The position numbers and the translations under genes were made by a program. The notes below the pieces were generated by a model. It saw nothing but the letters and a program-made list of their open reading frames with translations. It was not told the origin of the DNA and ran no database searches. From NCBI RefSeq assembly GCF_000150275.1, contig NW_002060951.1, positions 2,384,323 through 2,448,322 of the forward strand: DNA of 64,000 nt, in the 5' to 3' direction. Shown one piece after another: positions 41,570 through 54,619 of the stretch. Within the stretch, counting starts at the first letter, position 1; every line of letters begins with the position of its first letter. Source of the stretch: Trichoplax adhaerens. Taxonomy: Eukaryota; Animalia; Placozoa.

Positions 41570-41720
41570 AAGTACAGTACAGTACTGTACTGTACTGTAC
41601 AGTTACGATACTGTACTGTACTGTACTGTAGGTTTACTGTACTGTACACTGTACTGTACAGTGCTGCTTTACAGTACGCCCATAGGCCACAGTCCAATGG
41701 TACAGTTTATGGACTACAGT
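41570..41720. repeat. (TACTG)n/(CAGTA)n arrays between CYB5D2 and HNF1 start sites
   Basis: agtacagtacagtactgtactgtactgtacagttacgatactgtactgtactgtactgtaggtttactgtactgtacactgtactgtacagtg. ORF-track entries 41316..41804, 41488..41697 and 41634..41924 are artefacts. Confidence 0.9.
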
Positions 41721-41990
41721 ACTAAAGTTTACAGTACTGCAACAGCAACCAGAAGAGCCAGAAGGGACTACGTAGATTACACTTGCGCAGATAATTTCAT
41801 TTAGCGCTTTAGACTTATTAAACAAGGAGTGAGTTGTGGTGCTGACCATTTTTTGTTCGTTTACACTGCATTGTACAGCTACACAAACCTTTCTTTTGTT
41901 CTCATTTGGGTTCTTTTCGTTCATGTTTTATTTATATTGCAGTTTTCCACTGCTTTTAAAACTGATATCGTAAGAAGAAATTCCAAGATC

Positions 41991-42162
41991 ATGGCACTGA
42001 CAGAGCTACAGCATGAATTGCTCACTGCGTTGCTCGACAGTGGTGTCAGTAAAGCAACGTTGATACAGGTTCTGACTATGCCAGAGCATTCGAATAGCAT
42101 CTCACGGGATTATTCATATATTGGAAATGGTGATGTTGCCTTTGGGACCTTTCATCAAGTTG
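41991..42162 (+). CDS. HNF1: HNF1-class homeobox factor, exon 1 (N-terminal dimerisation domain); 3' boundary uncertain
   Basis: ATG at 41991. Translation MALTELQHELLTALLDSGVSKATLIQVL... aligns to human HNF1A [30 protein letters not shown]. No donor gives a clean phase match to the next recognised exon, so an extra small exon or a different donor is possible. Confidence 0.6.
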
Positions 42163-43599
42163 GTTAATAATTGTAATTATATATGTATAACATATACAAT
42201 ATATTATAAATAATTATTCGTTTCGCAAATTAGCATTGAACCATACTGACCTATTATTTACTTGCGTTTTTTTAAATTTTCATGCGCTTAAGTGCTGGTC
42301 TTGCTGTATTACATGATACATAAGGTGCACTATAGTACTACACTACGTATAATTAATTAATACAACATCACTATAGAAATGATCATGATCACATTTCACA
42401 GCCGTCAACGACACAGTAGAAATATTCGTGTGGTATATATTTGTTTTCACGACTATATTAGTTGATAACATACAAAGTATATACAGTAGTACTGGTATCA
42501 TTTATTTAATATGCTACTATGGATTCCATTTTTACTTCCAGTCAATATTTATGGCTAGTCTACTTGATCTTATTACAGTACTGTAACTATAAACAGCACA
42601 TCGGCTCGGCGGGAAAGTGTTTTACATGGTTGTAATACGGATAAAATCCATAGTAAAGGAACGGGGTCGATATATTGGTTACTAATATCAATATTAGTAG
42701 GGTCAAGGCAGAATTGTGCGATAATGCATTTGAATGTGATTGCTAGCTCTCGAAGCTGCAAAGGAATACTTCATCTATTTCAATATACTGTAAAGTATAG
42801 CACGGACAGTATAACACAGAAATACCAATCCAAGCAGAGAAGTCGAACACAGCCAATGTACGTACATACTGTACAATAGTGTGCAATACTTAACCGTAGG
42901 CTGCTGCTTGTGTCAGGTAACGAGTATTAATCTGTGGCTGCACATTTTGAAGAGCGCGCTGGAATCGTTTCAACGTGTTTTAAATAGTTCGTAACCCATA
43001 TAGTAATCCCTACAACGTTTATTGCATTTATATTCCTAATAACTCACGCAGTATTTTAAAAATTTATCAATACATAATACTAGATCAGTCTATTAAATAT
43101 CTTTCAAGTTCTTCAAATAAAATTAGAGTCAGTTGAACATATATTTATATACAAAATTGAATGCGTCAACAGCTGTGAAATGTCTCTAGTATAGGGTCGT
43201 AAACGCTTGCAAGGCACATGGTAATATATAAACGTGCACAATCGTAATACGAAACAAAAGCGTAGTATAGGGCGGTAGCAACCCTTGCATAGGAGATCCG
43301 CCTTATCCGCAATATGCAATGGCAGATAGTGGCAAAAGCGAACAAAATCGTAAGGAGTACCGGTACTACGAGACGACTGTGAGTCTATAGTACTGTTTAT
43401 GCAGGAGACTGGTACATACTGTACAGCACACTGTAGGGTGTATCGCTATCTACAGATTTCTTGGCCGAGTGATCAGTAATACCTATGCCCCAACTCTTGA
43501 AACCAAGAGATATGTAAATAATTATAATCATCTGTATCTTTCCGCTAAAAGCTGTCCCTTGCGGTTTAAAATAAAGATGGTATGCAAATCGTTAATTTG

Positions 43600-43680
43600 C
43601 GATACACCCTACAGTGTACACTGTACAGTACAGTACTGTAAACATCGCGACTTGCTCTACTGTACAGTACTGTATTTCTG
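43600..43680. repeat. (TACTG)n/(CAGTA)n array inside HNF1 intron 1
   Basis: cagtgtacactgtacagtacagtactgtaaac...tactgtacagtactgta. Confidence 0.85.
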
Positions 43681-46114
43681 AGATATTTGAACAAGAAAAA
43701 TCAATGATTCTTTCTTTTTATCCTGCTTAAATTATACATCAATCGGTAGAGAAAGAGCTAAACAACCGTAGTTCATCAATTAAAATTTGCGTGCGACGTC
43801 GATTGTACATCACAGAGCATACTGTCATTAGAGAACACATACAGTACAGTACAGTACGGTAACACAGCTAAACTTGACCGTGCTAGAGAATGAAAATACT
43901 ACACATTTAATAATTATATATAAGTATATACGCCTATAATAATTATTCCATAACGAACAATTAATTAATGGTTATAAAGCTGCTTAAATAGCCGATCTTA
44001 AAACTAGTTACCTTAAATGTTGTTCTCGTTCATATCCAGAATATATTAGCTTATTTTAATGTTGACAAAATAATAGTTCGATACGAAAGGCTATTACAAA
44101 GCGGCTGGGATGTAACCATAATTAGCCAGTTAATTTACACAGATATACGTGTAGATGGAGGTCTGTGTTGACTGCCGAGACATGGATGCGACCAGGAATT
44201 CAGGAGACCAGGATTACTTAAAATACGCGTAGACCCTAATCATGCTGTTTGGAGTAATGCAATACTGTACAATTCCTTATTACGAAATCTACCGTTATGG
44301 TTCTTAAGCGGAGCTTATGACTAAGATTGCCATCTTTGAGTTTTATATAATTACTGTTATTTATTATTTAATTATATTATATAACTATTGATACCTAATA
44401 TCATCATTCGTAATTTATTAAATGTAAATACAATAATTTTCTTGGTTCATTATACTCATTTCGATCATGCGATAAACGTTATTAAAATATTATAATATAT
44501 ACAACGTTATGATGTCGATTATATGGCGATATTATACAATGTGACGATTAATATTCTGTACACGAGCGCATCTACATAAATACTGAAGGAATAGAATTTT
44601 ATTAACATGAATGACTTCGACATTGTCTTTCATAAATAAAGTTCTGTAGTTATATATCAAATGAAGGTTTGCATGCGTTGAACTGTTTAAGACCCGATTA
44701 ATCTATTTAATGTACAGTATTTGCGGTTTATAGGGTGTTCGCAGTGTTGTAATTGTTTTATATCCATATTAAGCATGCTTTAATTTAAAATTGCGGTACT
44801 GGTGATACTGTATTTACTCTTTACTCTATGATATTGTAGAGTTCGCGTACAATGCAGACAGCACAGACGGCTTGATTGCTAACGTGTGGATCTCGAATAA
44901 AGCAGAAATGCTTGATATCTTCTCTTATATAAAAGCCCAATCGCTTTATAATTTTCATTACTGGATGTATTTAGCGTTAATCCATCTCTTACCTTTTATA
45001 TTACAGTTAGATTCAACGTATCCGACTAATAATGATGCCATAGATCTTATAACTGATGCGAACGTGACTGATATTGTAAAAGTTCTAAAGGATAGAGGAC
45101 CTCTGGCAGCTGTTGAACGTTTACTAAGGTAAAGCGATATAATATTTTTATGCTCCAAGCTGATAATGAAACACCTTTTTCCGGTATAGGCACGGCAGAA
45201 CGTACAGTAATTCGACTTATGTAATCGTGAGATAATTTGTAAGCTCTCTAATTTAAATGCGCGTTCTATTATGTACAATAATACTATTGTAATCACCCCG
45301 ACCGTTTCGATTGTAATTATCGCTCTGTCCCTAACCATTGCACCACTTCAATATTTTGCACAGTGTTGTTCTAGTCAGCTCTCAAGTTTTTATTCGGTAT
45401 CGAAAATTATACGGTACAGTTATGCGGTATTCCGAACGCTTGTTGATGAAGTTGTATTGCTTCAATTATCAGTTATAACGAAGAGCATACTTAATAACAG
45501 CTATTGTCTTATTAGATATGCCAGAAACTACATTTCTAGTTAAATCTTACTTTTTTAGGGAATCTACATTTTTAAAATCATTGTACATATTAAATTGGAA
45601 CAAATATCTTTCTGTTATGACATTTAAATAATGGAGAGTTATTAAATACGAAAGTGCACAACTATAACCAAAATTAACCTGTATTATATAGCTGCTTTCT
45701 ATCTTCTGATAGCTAGTAAGGCATTACATAGAGATAAATCCTTAAAAGTTTTGATTCTTCATATCAACGAAATTTAACCATTCATATCAGTATTTATTGC
45801 ACTCAGCTAAAAATTTAGTTGAAACTCAGGTTACTGTGTATCAGTTATCCTGTAATGATCTAAATTTTATGCTATCTGCCCACTGCCTAATTTCGATTGT
45901 AAGTAAATATGATAACGGTATTATTTGAGTGTGCTTTGGTGTTGTTGTTTATTAGTTATACTGTACTTACTTCTGTGATAGTATTAGCATGTCATTTTCA
46001 ATAATCTGCTCTACATTAGCTGTTAAGGCTAAAAGCCAATTTTTATACTGACTTAAAATATATCATACTTCAGCAGGGATTGACAAAAATACAATGTTTA
46101 ATTACAATTTACAG

Positions 46115-46314
46115 TAGTGACCCATACAAAGTTGCCAAAATGATCAAGACTTTTATGCAGCAGCATAGCGTATCTCAGCGTGAAGTCGTTGAATCTACAT
46201 CGCTGAATCAAAGTCATTTATCACAACATCTAAACAGAGGTACAGCAATGAAAACACGTAAAAGATCTGCGCTTTACTTGTGGTATGTGAAGAGAATTAT
46301 GTTACTACAAAGAC
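46115..46314 (+). CDS. HNF1: HNF1 POU-specific domain exon
   Basis: Translation [61 protein letters not shown] aligns to human [60 protein letters not shown]. Donor agac|gtaagt. Confidence 0.9.
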
Positions 46315-46440
46315 GTAAGTTACTATTACACTTTACTTTTTGATATTCTCTCATTTTGGCTTCTATTTCTATTCATATAGTTTAGTTTTGTATATATCTG
46401 TATGGTAATGAATTGTCTATCTTTATAAAATCGTTAATAG

Positions 46441-46776
46441 ACGAAAGCGATATAGAAGATGATACTACAGTAAACTTAACTATAGATGATCTACCGAGTA
46501 GCCCTCCTTCCCCCAAGCGACAACGCCGTAGTCGATTTAAATGGGGTTCAGCTAGCAAACGTATTTTATATGATTCCTATGCTAACAATACAAATCCTTC
46601 AAAGGAGGAACGTGATATGTTAGTTGATGCTTGCAATCATGCTGAGTGTGTTCAACGCGGCTTGCTGCCAAATCATGAGAGTGCTTTAGGTTCTAGCTTG
46701 GTTACTGAAGTTCGGGTATACAATTGGTTTGCCAACCGCCGCAAGGAGGATACTTTCAAGATAAAATATCGTAATA
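46441..46776 (+). CDS. HNF1: HNF1 atypical (extended) homeodomain exon
   Basis: Acceptor taatag|ac. Translation ...[78 protein letters not shown] aligns to human [78 protein letters not shown]. Donor aata|gtaagt. Confidence 0.9.
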
Positions 46777-46888
46777 GTAAGTATGAAGAATATAATAATA
46801 ATTCTCCAAACCATACTTTCAAATAGAAATACTAGCGAACATGATTTATTTGACGTTACTAAATATTTTACTTTGTGTGATTAATTAG

Positions 46889-47484
46889 ACCCAACTAGTC
46901 TTAACCCTTCGATGGAATCGACTCATCTAGATAACAACACTACCGACGGTTCTACGCTTTTAGAGTGTAACGGAGGTAGTGCATTTACCCAGCAATTACA
47001 GGGGTTGACTGGTTCTCCTACTGGTACTTCTTGCGCGCTTTCAATGAGTCGTATTCCTCCAAGGGGTAGAAATTTAGTCAGTATGAGCATACCAGAACAA
47101 AATCTTGCAACTTCCGATTTTATGCAAGTTTCTCAGAATAACACGAAAAGGAACGATACTGATATACAGCCTAACAGCTCAAATATGCAGCAAGTAATGC
47201 TGCCTGGAATATCACATTTTAGATTAAATATAAGGAAGAACGACTTATCAATTAATCAAACTGAAGGATCTGAAGCTATTATTACTGCTTCTAATCTTGC
47301 CACCGCAATTAATAATCGCCAATTGAATACATTATCGAGTATTAAATCACAAGTTAACAACGAACAGTTACGGCAAGGATGTTTACCTGAAGAAAGTCAG
47401 CCTTTGTTCGAAACTAGTAACAACCCTAGTTTACCAGTGTTATCTCAGTCTCAAATGCCACATTTAAATAGTATTTCTCATTGA
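46889..47484 (+). CDS. HNF1: HNF1 terminal exon (S/T/Q/N-rich putative transactivation tail)
   Basis: Acceptor aattag|ac, in phase with the homeodomain exon. Low-complexity translation ending ...LNSISH*. Confidence 0.7.
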
Positions 47485-50075
47485 ATAGTCCAGCTACCGT
47501 ATTGACTTAATTATAACATAACGGTCACGTGCATCATAATTTTTATTTAAATTAACTTTGTCAAGATAGTTTACTTAAAGGAAACAAATCTGGCAAAATT
47601 TCTGCATATCTGTATGATGCATCATTTTTTTTAAGTTTAATTTACTATTTGTGAATGATTTAAGCAGAAACTGATCAAACCGAATTTTAATACTTTAATG
47701 CTGGTGTTATTGTACTGTTAGATATAATATTATTAAATTTTTGAAAGAAAATTTGTTATACTTGTATCATGACCACAGAAATTTTATGCAAACTATTCAT
47801 CAGAGAAATATAGATTTTACTATCATAAATATGGAAATACAACGTTAAAAATCTGATTAGTAATTAATACTATTTGTCAGATTATATTCTGCCTCTATGT
47901 CAATGTTGTACACTGTTATAAATCAAATATGTTGCCTGTTTTTAAGAAGGAAACAATAGAGATAAATTTTGCTTAAGTTCACCTTCAAATATTTTCTATT
48001 GCAACTCTAAAAATTTAGTCAAGAAATTCTTTCTTTTTACTATGTTCTCTATCACAGTGTTATCTGTCTGATTAAAATCTTTGAGCTGTTACAGTTTTTT
48101 TTAATTAGGCGCATTACCAGGAGATTCTGATGTATGATTTGATTCTTGCGATGAAATTTGACAATTGCCCCTAAAGCTTAATTTTTATCTTACATATTGA
48201 AGCAATGGTCAGTAAGATGATACGTTTAACTGATTAATTCAACAATTGGTTTGTAGACATAATAGCATTTTTGATGAACTAAAGGATGGCTCTGTTGTGG
48301 CATCCATTGGCAATATTGAATCCTGTCACAATTGTATATGTATTACAATCTTTCTATAATTTATAGTATCAATTTCGAACTTTATTAAGTCATATTCAGT
48401 AATAATAATAATTGATCCGAAAAGTACTTTGAAATTATTTATGCTTTGATCAGTAGCGCATATTTACAAAATAATTTTTAATATTTTATTATCAATATTT
48501 GAATTGTATAATATAAGAAAACATAGATCATATGCGAAGACATTGATCCACCTGGGTCCGCAGTTATCCCTTCCTGTATACCTTCCGGTATTTTATACTC
48601 TACGCTATCGGTTATAAATTACCGACCTTGACGTTGCATTGGCCATAAGCAGAAAGATTATACTGTAGTTATGAGTATAAAAATATATAGTGCTACGTTT
48701 ATGGCATCCTGTATTCAACTGCGACGCAATTAGGGTACTGCCCATCGCATTCGTTGTGATTGATGCATAATAATATGTGGTTATGTTTGAATTAAGATTT
48801 CTATCGTCTTTTACCGTCGTATAAAACAATATTGTCGATACGATTTGTTCTCTATACTTTTAATTTCAGCAAAGAAAACAAGCTTGATTTAGTCCATGTT
48901 ATTTATTACAACCGACCTATTTGTAATTTCTACTAAGTTACAAATGTAGCTTCTTATTTAATTATTCTATGCAATGATTAGCACTGAGCTATTAGTAAAG
49001 CATAAATGAGTAAGTTGTACTGTATTACATTGGTATTAAACTGTCAAAAAATGTATAGTTATGTTTTTTTATTGTACAGAACTGTTTTATGAAGTATTAA
49101 AAAGTATATTCAAGAAATTTCCATTAAAAATAATTTACCCTATCGTGAATTGCAGATGATAATACGCTAATTAAATGTCGATAAGTACAGTACTTAGTAC
49201 TATTTATGAGTGGTTTAGTTATTGTACGTAACTGTTGTAGTATAAATCATCCGGAAGCCTATGGAGGCCCTACATCTATAATAAAAAAATAATTTTAAGA
49301 CTCATACTGTGGCAGCATTCATTACGGGGTATAGCACGACATAAAATTCAAGTACGACGAGCAAATACATAAATGATTATGAATACAGTACATAGAGTAC
49401 GTTCACGCTGTATTTTATAGTTCATCTGCGGGACAGCTATCAGATTGGGATATGAAATTTAGATTCGAAAATTTACATTAATTTATAGCCTAAACTGTGT
49501 CTTTGTATTATACCGTTTATAATTTAATCTTAGAATATCGAGCTTTAAATCGAGTCACACGGAACTAAAAATTATAAAGAAGTCAAACGTAAGTTTAGTG
49601 CTTAGCATCACCGTATGATCGCTATCGTTTTAAAAATGTATAACACAGATTACAGTATAAGAGATACGTTACAACATTCATCAGCAATCGAGATTTAAAC
49701 ATCTATTGCGATAATACTTTAATGGAGAGGTATGCTTTAAGCAATATAACTTACTTTATTTCAATGATTTACTAAATAGTTCAAAGAACATTAATTTTAC
49801 AGTCCGTTCACATAGATCTCATTTAAATATTTTAATTTAGTGTGAATAATATTACTGTTCGAATATTGATTATCACATAGCTAAATAATGCCTTGTAGAC
49901 AGCTCTAGCACTATCTCATCCACCCTGATTTATCTATTAAATTTACATTATTAAATATTAAAATGAAGTGCATGTATGAGTAGTTTTCTGGAACAACCTT
50001 TAAATACGTAACGTAACCTGCAATTACATAAGCATCCGAGACGAATCAGTTAAAATCCTTAACTGTCTCGTCTTT

Positions 50076-50319
50076 ACTTAGAGATCACTTTTCTAATAAA
50101 GATAGTTCTAACGCAACACGCAATTCCTCTTCCTCTTTAATACGTCTACTACTATCTTCATTAGCTACTTGAGTAGATAGCTGCATAGCCATTTTCAATT
50201 GATCGTCGAAATTGTTAGCTGTGACAAAAGTATCCATTACTGGGTCAGCCATTTCTGGATCTTGAACATTAACATTAGCATCGTTGGTTCGAGTAGCTCG
50301 AAGACTCTCTTCAATTGCC
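50076..50319 (-). CDS. ANKRD13: ANKRD13-family protein, terminal exon (C-terminal UIMs)
   Basis: Acceptor taacag|g. Translation (R)AIEESLRATRTNDANVNVQDPEMADPVMDTFVTANNFDDQLKMAMQLSTQVANEDSSRRIKEEEELRVALELSLLEK* aligns to human ANKRD13A ...TMERALALSMKTAEDEKRKKEEEEKDLRRVLELSLTEH*. Confidence 0.8.
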
Positions 50320-50571
50320 CTGTTATCAATACATTACAACGGTAATTAAGTTAGATATAGGTGTCTAACAGGTATCTTTCATCAAGATTAAAAAGAATAG
50401 AATATTACCATGATAATTCAGCATCATTGTTTTCGTTCATTTCATACCGATACGGTCTATATACAAACTCATCTCCTATTGCCTATTATAAGTCCGGATA
50501 AAATGACTACTGAGGAAATACTAATTGGATCAGACGAGTAGCTACATAGTAGATTTATTGATAGTAAGTTA

Positions 50572-50894
50572 TTTATAAATACGGTAGTTGTTTACACTAA
50601 CTGTAGTTTCTGAGCTTTCTTCTAATTGCCGATCGCTTAAGCTTTTCTGCAAAGCATATTGCAATAGCATATCTTCCTCATCAGCTCCGAAGTTATTGCT
50701 TTCTCTTTGCAGTACTTTAGAGTAACTGCTCGGAATGTCAAAGCAAGAATCATCAATTAAATAGTTCTTTTGCTTAACGTCATCGGTAGTGTCTAGCTTA
50801 GCTTCCAACGGAGATAGTCCTTGGACGGCCTCGTTTTCGCCGTTCAGGTTCGCGAAAGTTATGCGCGCATTAAGGATATGATACAGAGGGATTT
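50572..50894 (-). CDS. ANKRD13: ANKRD13-family exon (first UIM: EEDMLLQYALQKSL); 3' boundary unresolved
   Basis: Acceptor aaacag|aa. Translation EIPLYHILNARITFANLNG...DIPSSYSKVLQRE...EEDMLLQYALQKSL aligns to human EIPLFHVLNARITFGNVNG...EIPESYYVQ...DEDYEIMQFAIQQSL. An in-frame stop at 50569-50571 would end the protein unless a donor, not found with the right phase, joins it to 50076..50319. Confidence 0.7.
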
Positions 50895-51030
50895 CTGTTT
50901 TAAATATCAATAACATGAAGAGTTAACTTTCAGAAACATTCCACTTTGTTGTTCTAGGAAAATGGACTTTTAAACTAATTAATATTACATATTAACTATA
51001 ATTGGGATATGTAAGAATTCTTATAATTAC

Positions 51031-51109
51031 CAATCTTGATAGGAAATCCAGATGGAAGTTGCATAGAGATAAAATCGCGTAATTTTTGAAAGTGAGGATT
51101 ACTGATTGC
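51031..51109 (-). CDS. ANKRD13: ANKRD13-family exon
   Basis: Acceptor ataacag|gc; donor attg|gtaatt. Translation AISNPHFQKLRDFISMQLPSGFPIKI aligns to human [26 protein letters not shown]. Confidence 0.85.
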
Positions 51110-51249
51110 CTGTTATAATTAATCGAAATGGACATGATAATCCATAGTTGAAGATCTTAAAGGAATTTCATATGAAGGTAGTATTTAATTTTATGTTAAA
51201 GATTTTAAAGATTACAGGCTGTCAGAATTGTAATAAATGTTAGGTTTAC

Positions 51250-51368
51250 CATCAAATTTATAATTGGTAACACTTGCTCTTGTAATGATAAATAATAGTC
51301 ATCACAAAGCCATAAAGATGCTTTAAGTCGCTGTTCTTTTACAGACATCTCCTTTGGACGACCAATAT
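51250..51368 (-). CDS. ANKRD13: ANKRD13-family exon
   Basis: Acceptor cctag|at; donor gatg|gtaaac. Translation [40 protein letters not shown] aligns to human [40 protein letters not shown]. Confidence 0.9.
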
Positions 51369-52249
51369 CTAGGGAGAAATTGACCAAGATTTTTACGTAC
51401 TAATACATTGACAAGAAGTGCGGTTACAGTGAATCAACGAGTAACGATATTTACATAAGACTTTCTATATAGGGTGGACATGGGAATAAAATGAGATTTA
51501 AGCTAATGAACCTTGCTTTTTAGTTTCTTCTGTAGGGTAAAAATAATCTTGAGATGATAACGATTTCAGATCCGCCTGTTCGATTTCAGAACTATCCTCT
51601 CGTTTATCTTGCTGACAGATATCAGCATTAGACAATTACTGTTACTAAGTGTATGGTCTATATACATTGTGTATGCGTATGCAGCACATATTTTGAATAG
51701 AAATCATGATTCAATTAAATTAGCTTATTCTAAACCTGAATCGTTTCCGGAACTGCATCAGTCTTATCTTTCTCGTTCGAGTGTTGTTCAATGGCACCCA
51801 TCAAGGAATGAAAAAACGATCGACCTTATACAACCAGAATTAATAAAACATTCGAGTTTACCTTTCCTTGCGACTTGACGAATATCTATTATTGCCTTGA
51901 CAAGTAATAAGAAGCAAACCTTCAGTTTTATTGCGTTCTTTATCTTCTTCAGAAAGGTGTTCATATCGGGTCCTAGCGATAACGACTACGTTTGAAACAT
52001 TGTATACCTATCAAATGATACAAAAATTAACTTTGTATTTATGCAATCCAATATCTTGATGCTAAAATATACTAATAAGAGACAATACTCGTATGATAAA
52101 ACAATTAAAATATTAGGCTAATATTAGAAATCAGTATCACTACATTATGCATAGCGATAACTTTTATTGAATTTACACGAAAAACATCTTACTTTAATTG
52201 TGTCATGCCTGGCGTATGTATACTTTATTCTATAGCAACAGATACTTAC

Positions 52250-52341
52250 TTTTGCTTCATAATTGTTAACAGCTTCAGTTCTGTCCGTTCTCCATCCCCA
52301 AATTCCACTTTTTTGCCTATTGAATGTGTTTTTCAGATATG
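52250..52341 (-). CDS. ANKRD13: ANKRD13-family exon
   Basis: Acceptor tatag|ca; donor aaa|gtaagt. Translation [30 protein letters not shown] aligns to human [32 protein letters not shown]. Confidence 0.85.
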
Positions 52342-53629
52342 CTATAATATTCCATGACAGATTCAACATACAGTAATAGCCTAGTTACCTTGAGAATTCA
52401 ATGTTATCAATATTGATGATAGTAGATGTGACAGGCATCCTCAATCGTTCAAATACTAGCTCCGATGAGGGTTCCGATCCTAAACGTCTACCAATTTCGC
52501 TATAATTGAAATAATTCCAAAATTTTAAAATTCAGATTATTATATTTAGGAAAATCAAAAACATCCTAAAAGGCATACGTACTCAAGACTGATTGTTTCC
52601 GAACAAGCTTTACGCTTTTCATGATCTACTTCTATGATTTCAGCACCATTATCTGTCAAAAATGCATTATTATTATCTGAGATAATACTATCGATTAGTA
52701 TTCGTGATTTACTGTAAATAATTCTCTCCAACTGGTCACAGTTCCTTTATAAAATGATGATACACTTCTGTAAGATAATATCAAACAAACTCACCAGCGG
52801 CTTTAAAAATAATACTTCTATTTCCTGTTTTACCAATATTTTCGTCTAGGCTTAGCAACGTTGTATCTACTCGAAGAAACGCACCTGGAAAGAATACAAT
52901 TAGGTACTATTGTTACATTATTAAGGAAAAACTGATAAACCAGATACTAATTAGATCTTTAGATCTGTTACAAACACAAAAACATGATCAATTTGTAATC
53001 AGAGTCTGCGCATGAATAGTACGAATATAAGAACAACTTTCGCGGTCTAACGTATCAGTAACAAGTGACCATTTGTTTTAGGTAGATCGCTGTCTTTGCA
53101 TGATAGTACCTTTTTTCCAAATCTTGCATACATCGTTTGGAAAGGCTCTAGAAATCAGGGGAACTAAAATTAATAGATACTGTTAAGTATCAGTATAATA
53201 CTTGTTTGCATAACTTTTATCTACTATATAAATAAAGATCATATTCAACTGACTCCAACTTGTAAATTCCCATTTCATCTCAATATAAAAATCTCTGGTC
53301 TAATTTAAATTAAAAGCAACTGTAAATATAATGATTAATTCGGTCTAATATAGTATGAAAGTAGATAAAACTATAAACATAATACTTACAGTCTGCAACA
53401 TATCTAGTAACTCTGGGATTGCAGCTACCCTACTAGAAATTTGTTGTCGATCACGGTACTTAAGCACCATTTTCAAGATATTGGGTTTACCCAGACAAAC
53501 CGCTTCTTGTAGTGCTAACGTAAAGAAACGATAATTGTGCTGAATTACTGGTCCTTTTAAATAGTCAATTAAGACTAGATAATATCTGTTTCTGTGCTAT
53601 TATATTATGACTGCAATATTACATATTAC

Positions 53630-53765
53630 CCGTCCATTTCATAGCATTGAGGGCACTGGCGCTACAATTAGCTTCGAGTAATACGCGCACGCAATCTTCA
53701 TGACCTAATGCAATTGCAAGATGTAATGGTGTTCGCCCATGTTTGTCGAGTTTTTCATGTTCATG
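53630..53765 (-). CDS. ANKRD13: ANKRD13-family ankyrin-repeat exon
   Basis: Acceptor cattag|c; donor acgg|gtaata. Translation HEHEKLDKHGRTPLHLAIALGHEDCVRVLLEANCSASALNAMKWT aligns to human ...[29 protein letters not shown]. Confidence 0.85.
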
Positions 53766-54619
53766 CTAATGACCAAAACAAATAAGAAAAACGTTGACTT
53801 AATTAAATATTCTTATGCACGTACAATACTGTACTGTATAGTATACATTACATATATACTTATACAGCATGTCAATTTTGTAAAATTAATTGATTACAAT
53901 ACAAATTCTGCATGGTGCAGACTGCTGAGTGACTTTAGCACCAAGTCTGCACGCCATTACGTCATTCCTTGAAAATACAAGCATACGTACAGTATAATAT
54001 TTTCACATTTTTACAATACTGTACAGTACAGTACAGTACGGCTCAGTTCAGCACCAAAAAATGGCAGCAAACACTGCCTAAAATTTTTATGTAGAGAAGC
54101 AGAAATTGCGGCTTACAGTAGGTTTATCATGTAATATAATGATAGACTTCTTTCTGAACTTAAGTAATATAATAATGTTAGTTCATCTTTCTTACAATTT
54201 AAAAATTATATCATAAGGACTGATTGTACTGTACTAGTGTATAGAATTATTAACTAGAAATTAAATTGGACTACACTAATCGTACAGTCAAAATTTAGAC
54301 ATGTTTTTACTTTGCAAATTTACATAGAAATGAACTCGGATGAAAATCATACTGTAATAAAATCAGTTTAGCAGTATAAAAAATGCTAGATCCAAGGAAG
54401 GAGGATCCTTAATAAAAGTTTATGGTTGTGCTACAGCTGTGTATATTAGTAGCAAATAGAACAGTCAGTAGCTGTGAACGTATCATTTATCAGCTAACGA
54501 TAAAGATAAATGTAGTACTGTCCAGTACTGTAAAGCGTACTGTCCCGTACTACTCGTACGTCTACTAAGGGTATTTGAATATTGTGTACTATATTTACTG
54601 TACTGTATTAACTACTAAC

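Noticed and set aside
42870-42900. atacttaaccgtagg resembling the 5' end of U1 snRNA (AUACUUACCUG)
   Set aside because: The similarity is limited to about 8 nt. No Sm site or U1 stem-loops follow.
50569-50571. Stop codon taken as the C-terminus of the ANKRD13 homologue
   Set aside because: A downstream exon (50076..50319) encodes the conserved terminal UIMs and a human-like ...LELSL..* end, so 50569 is probably not the only or true terminus. Kept as a finding because the splice phase is unresolved.
51480-51560. Apparent stop-terminated C-terminal-looking ORF (…TEETKKQGSLA*) on the minus strand
   Set aside because: It is an internal ANKRD13 exon followed by a donor (caag|gttcat). The stop lies in the intron.
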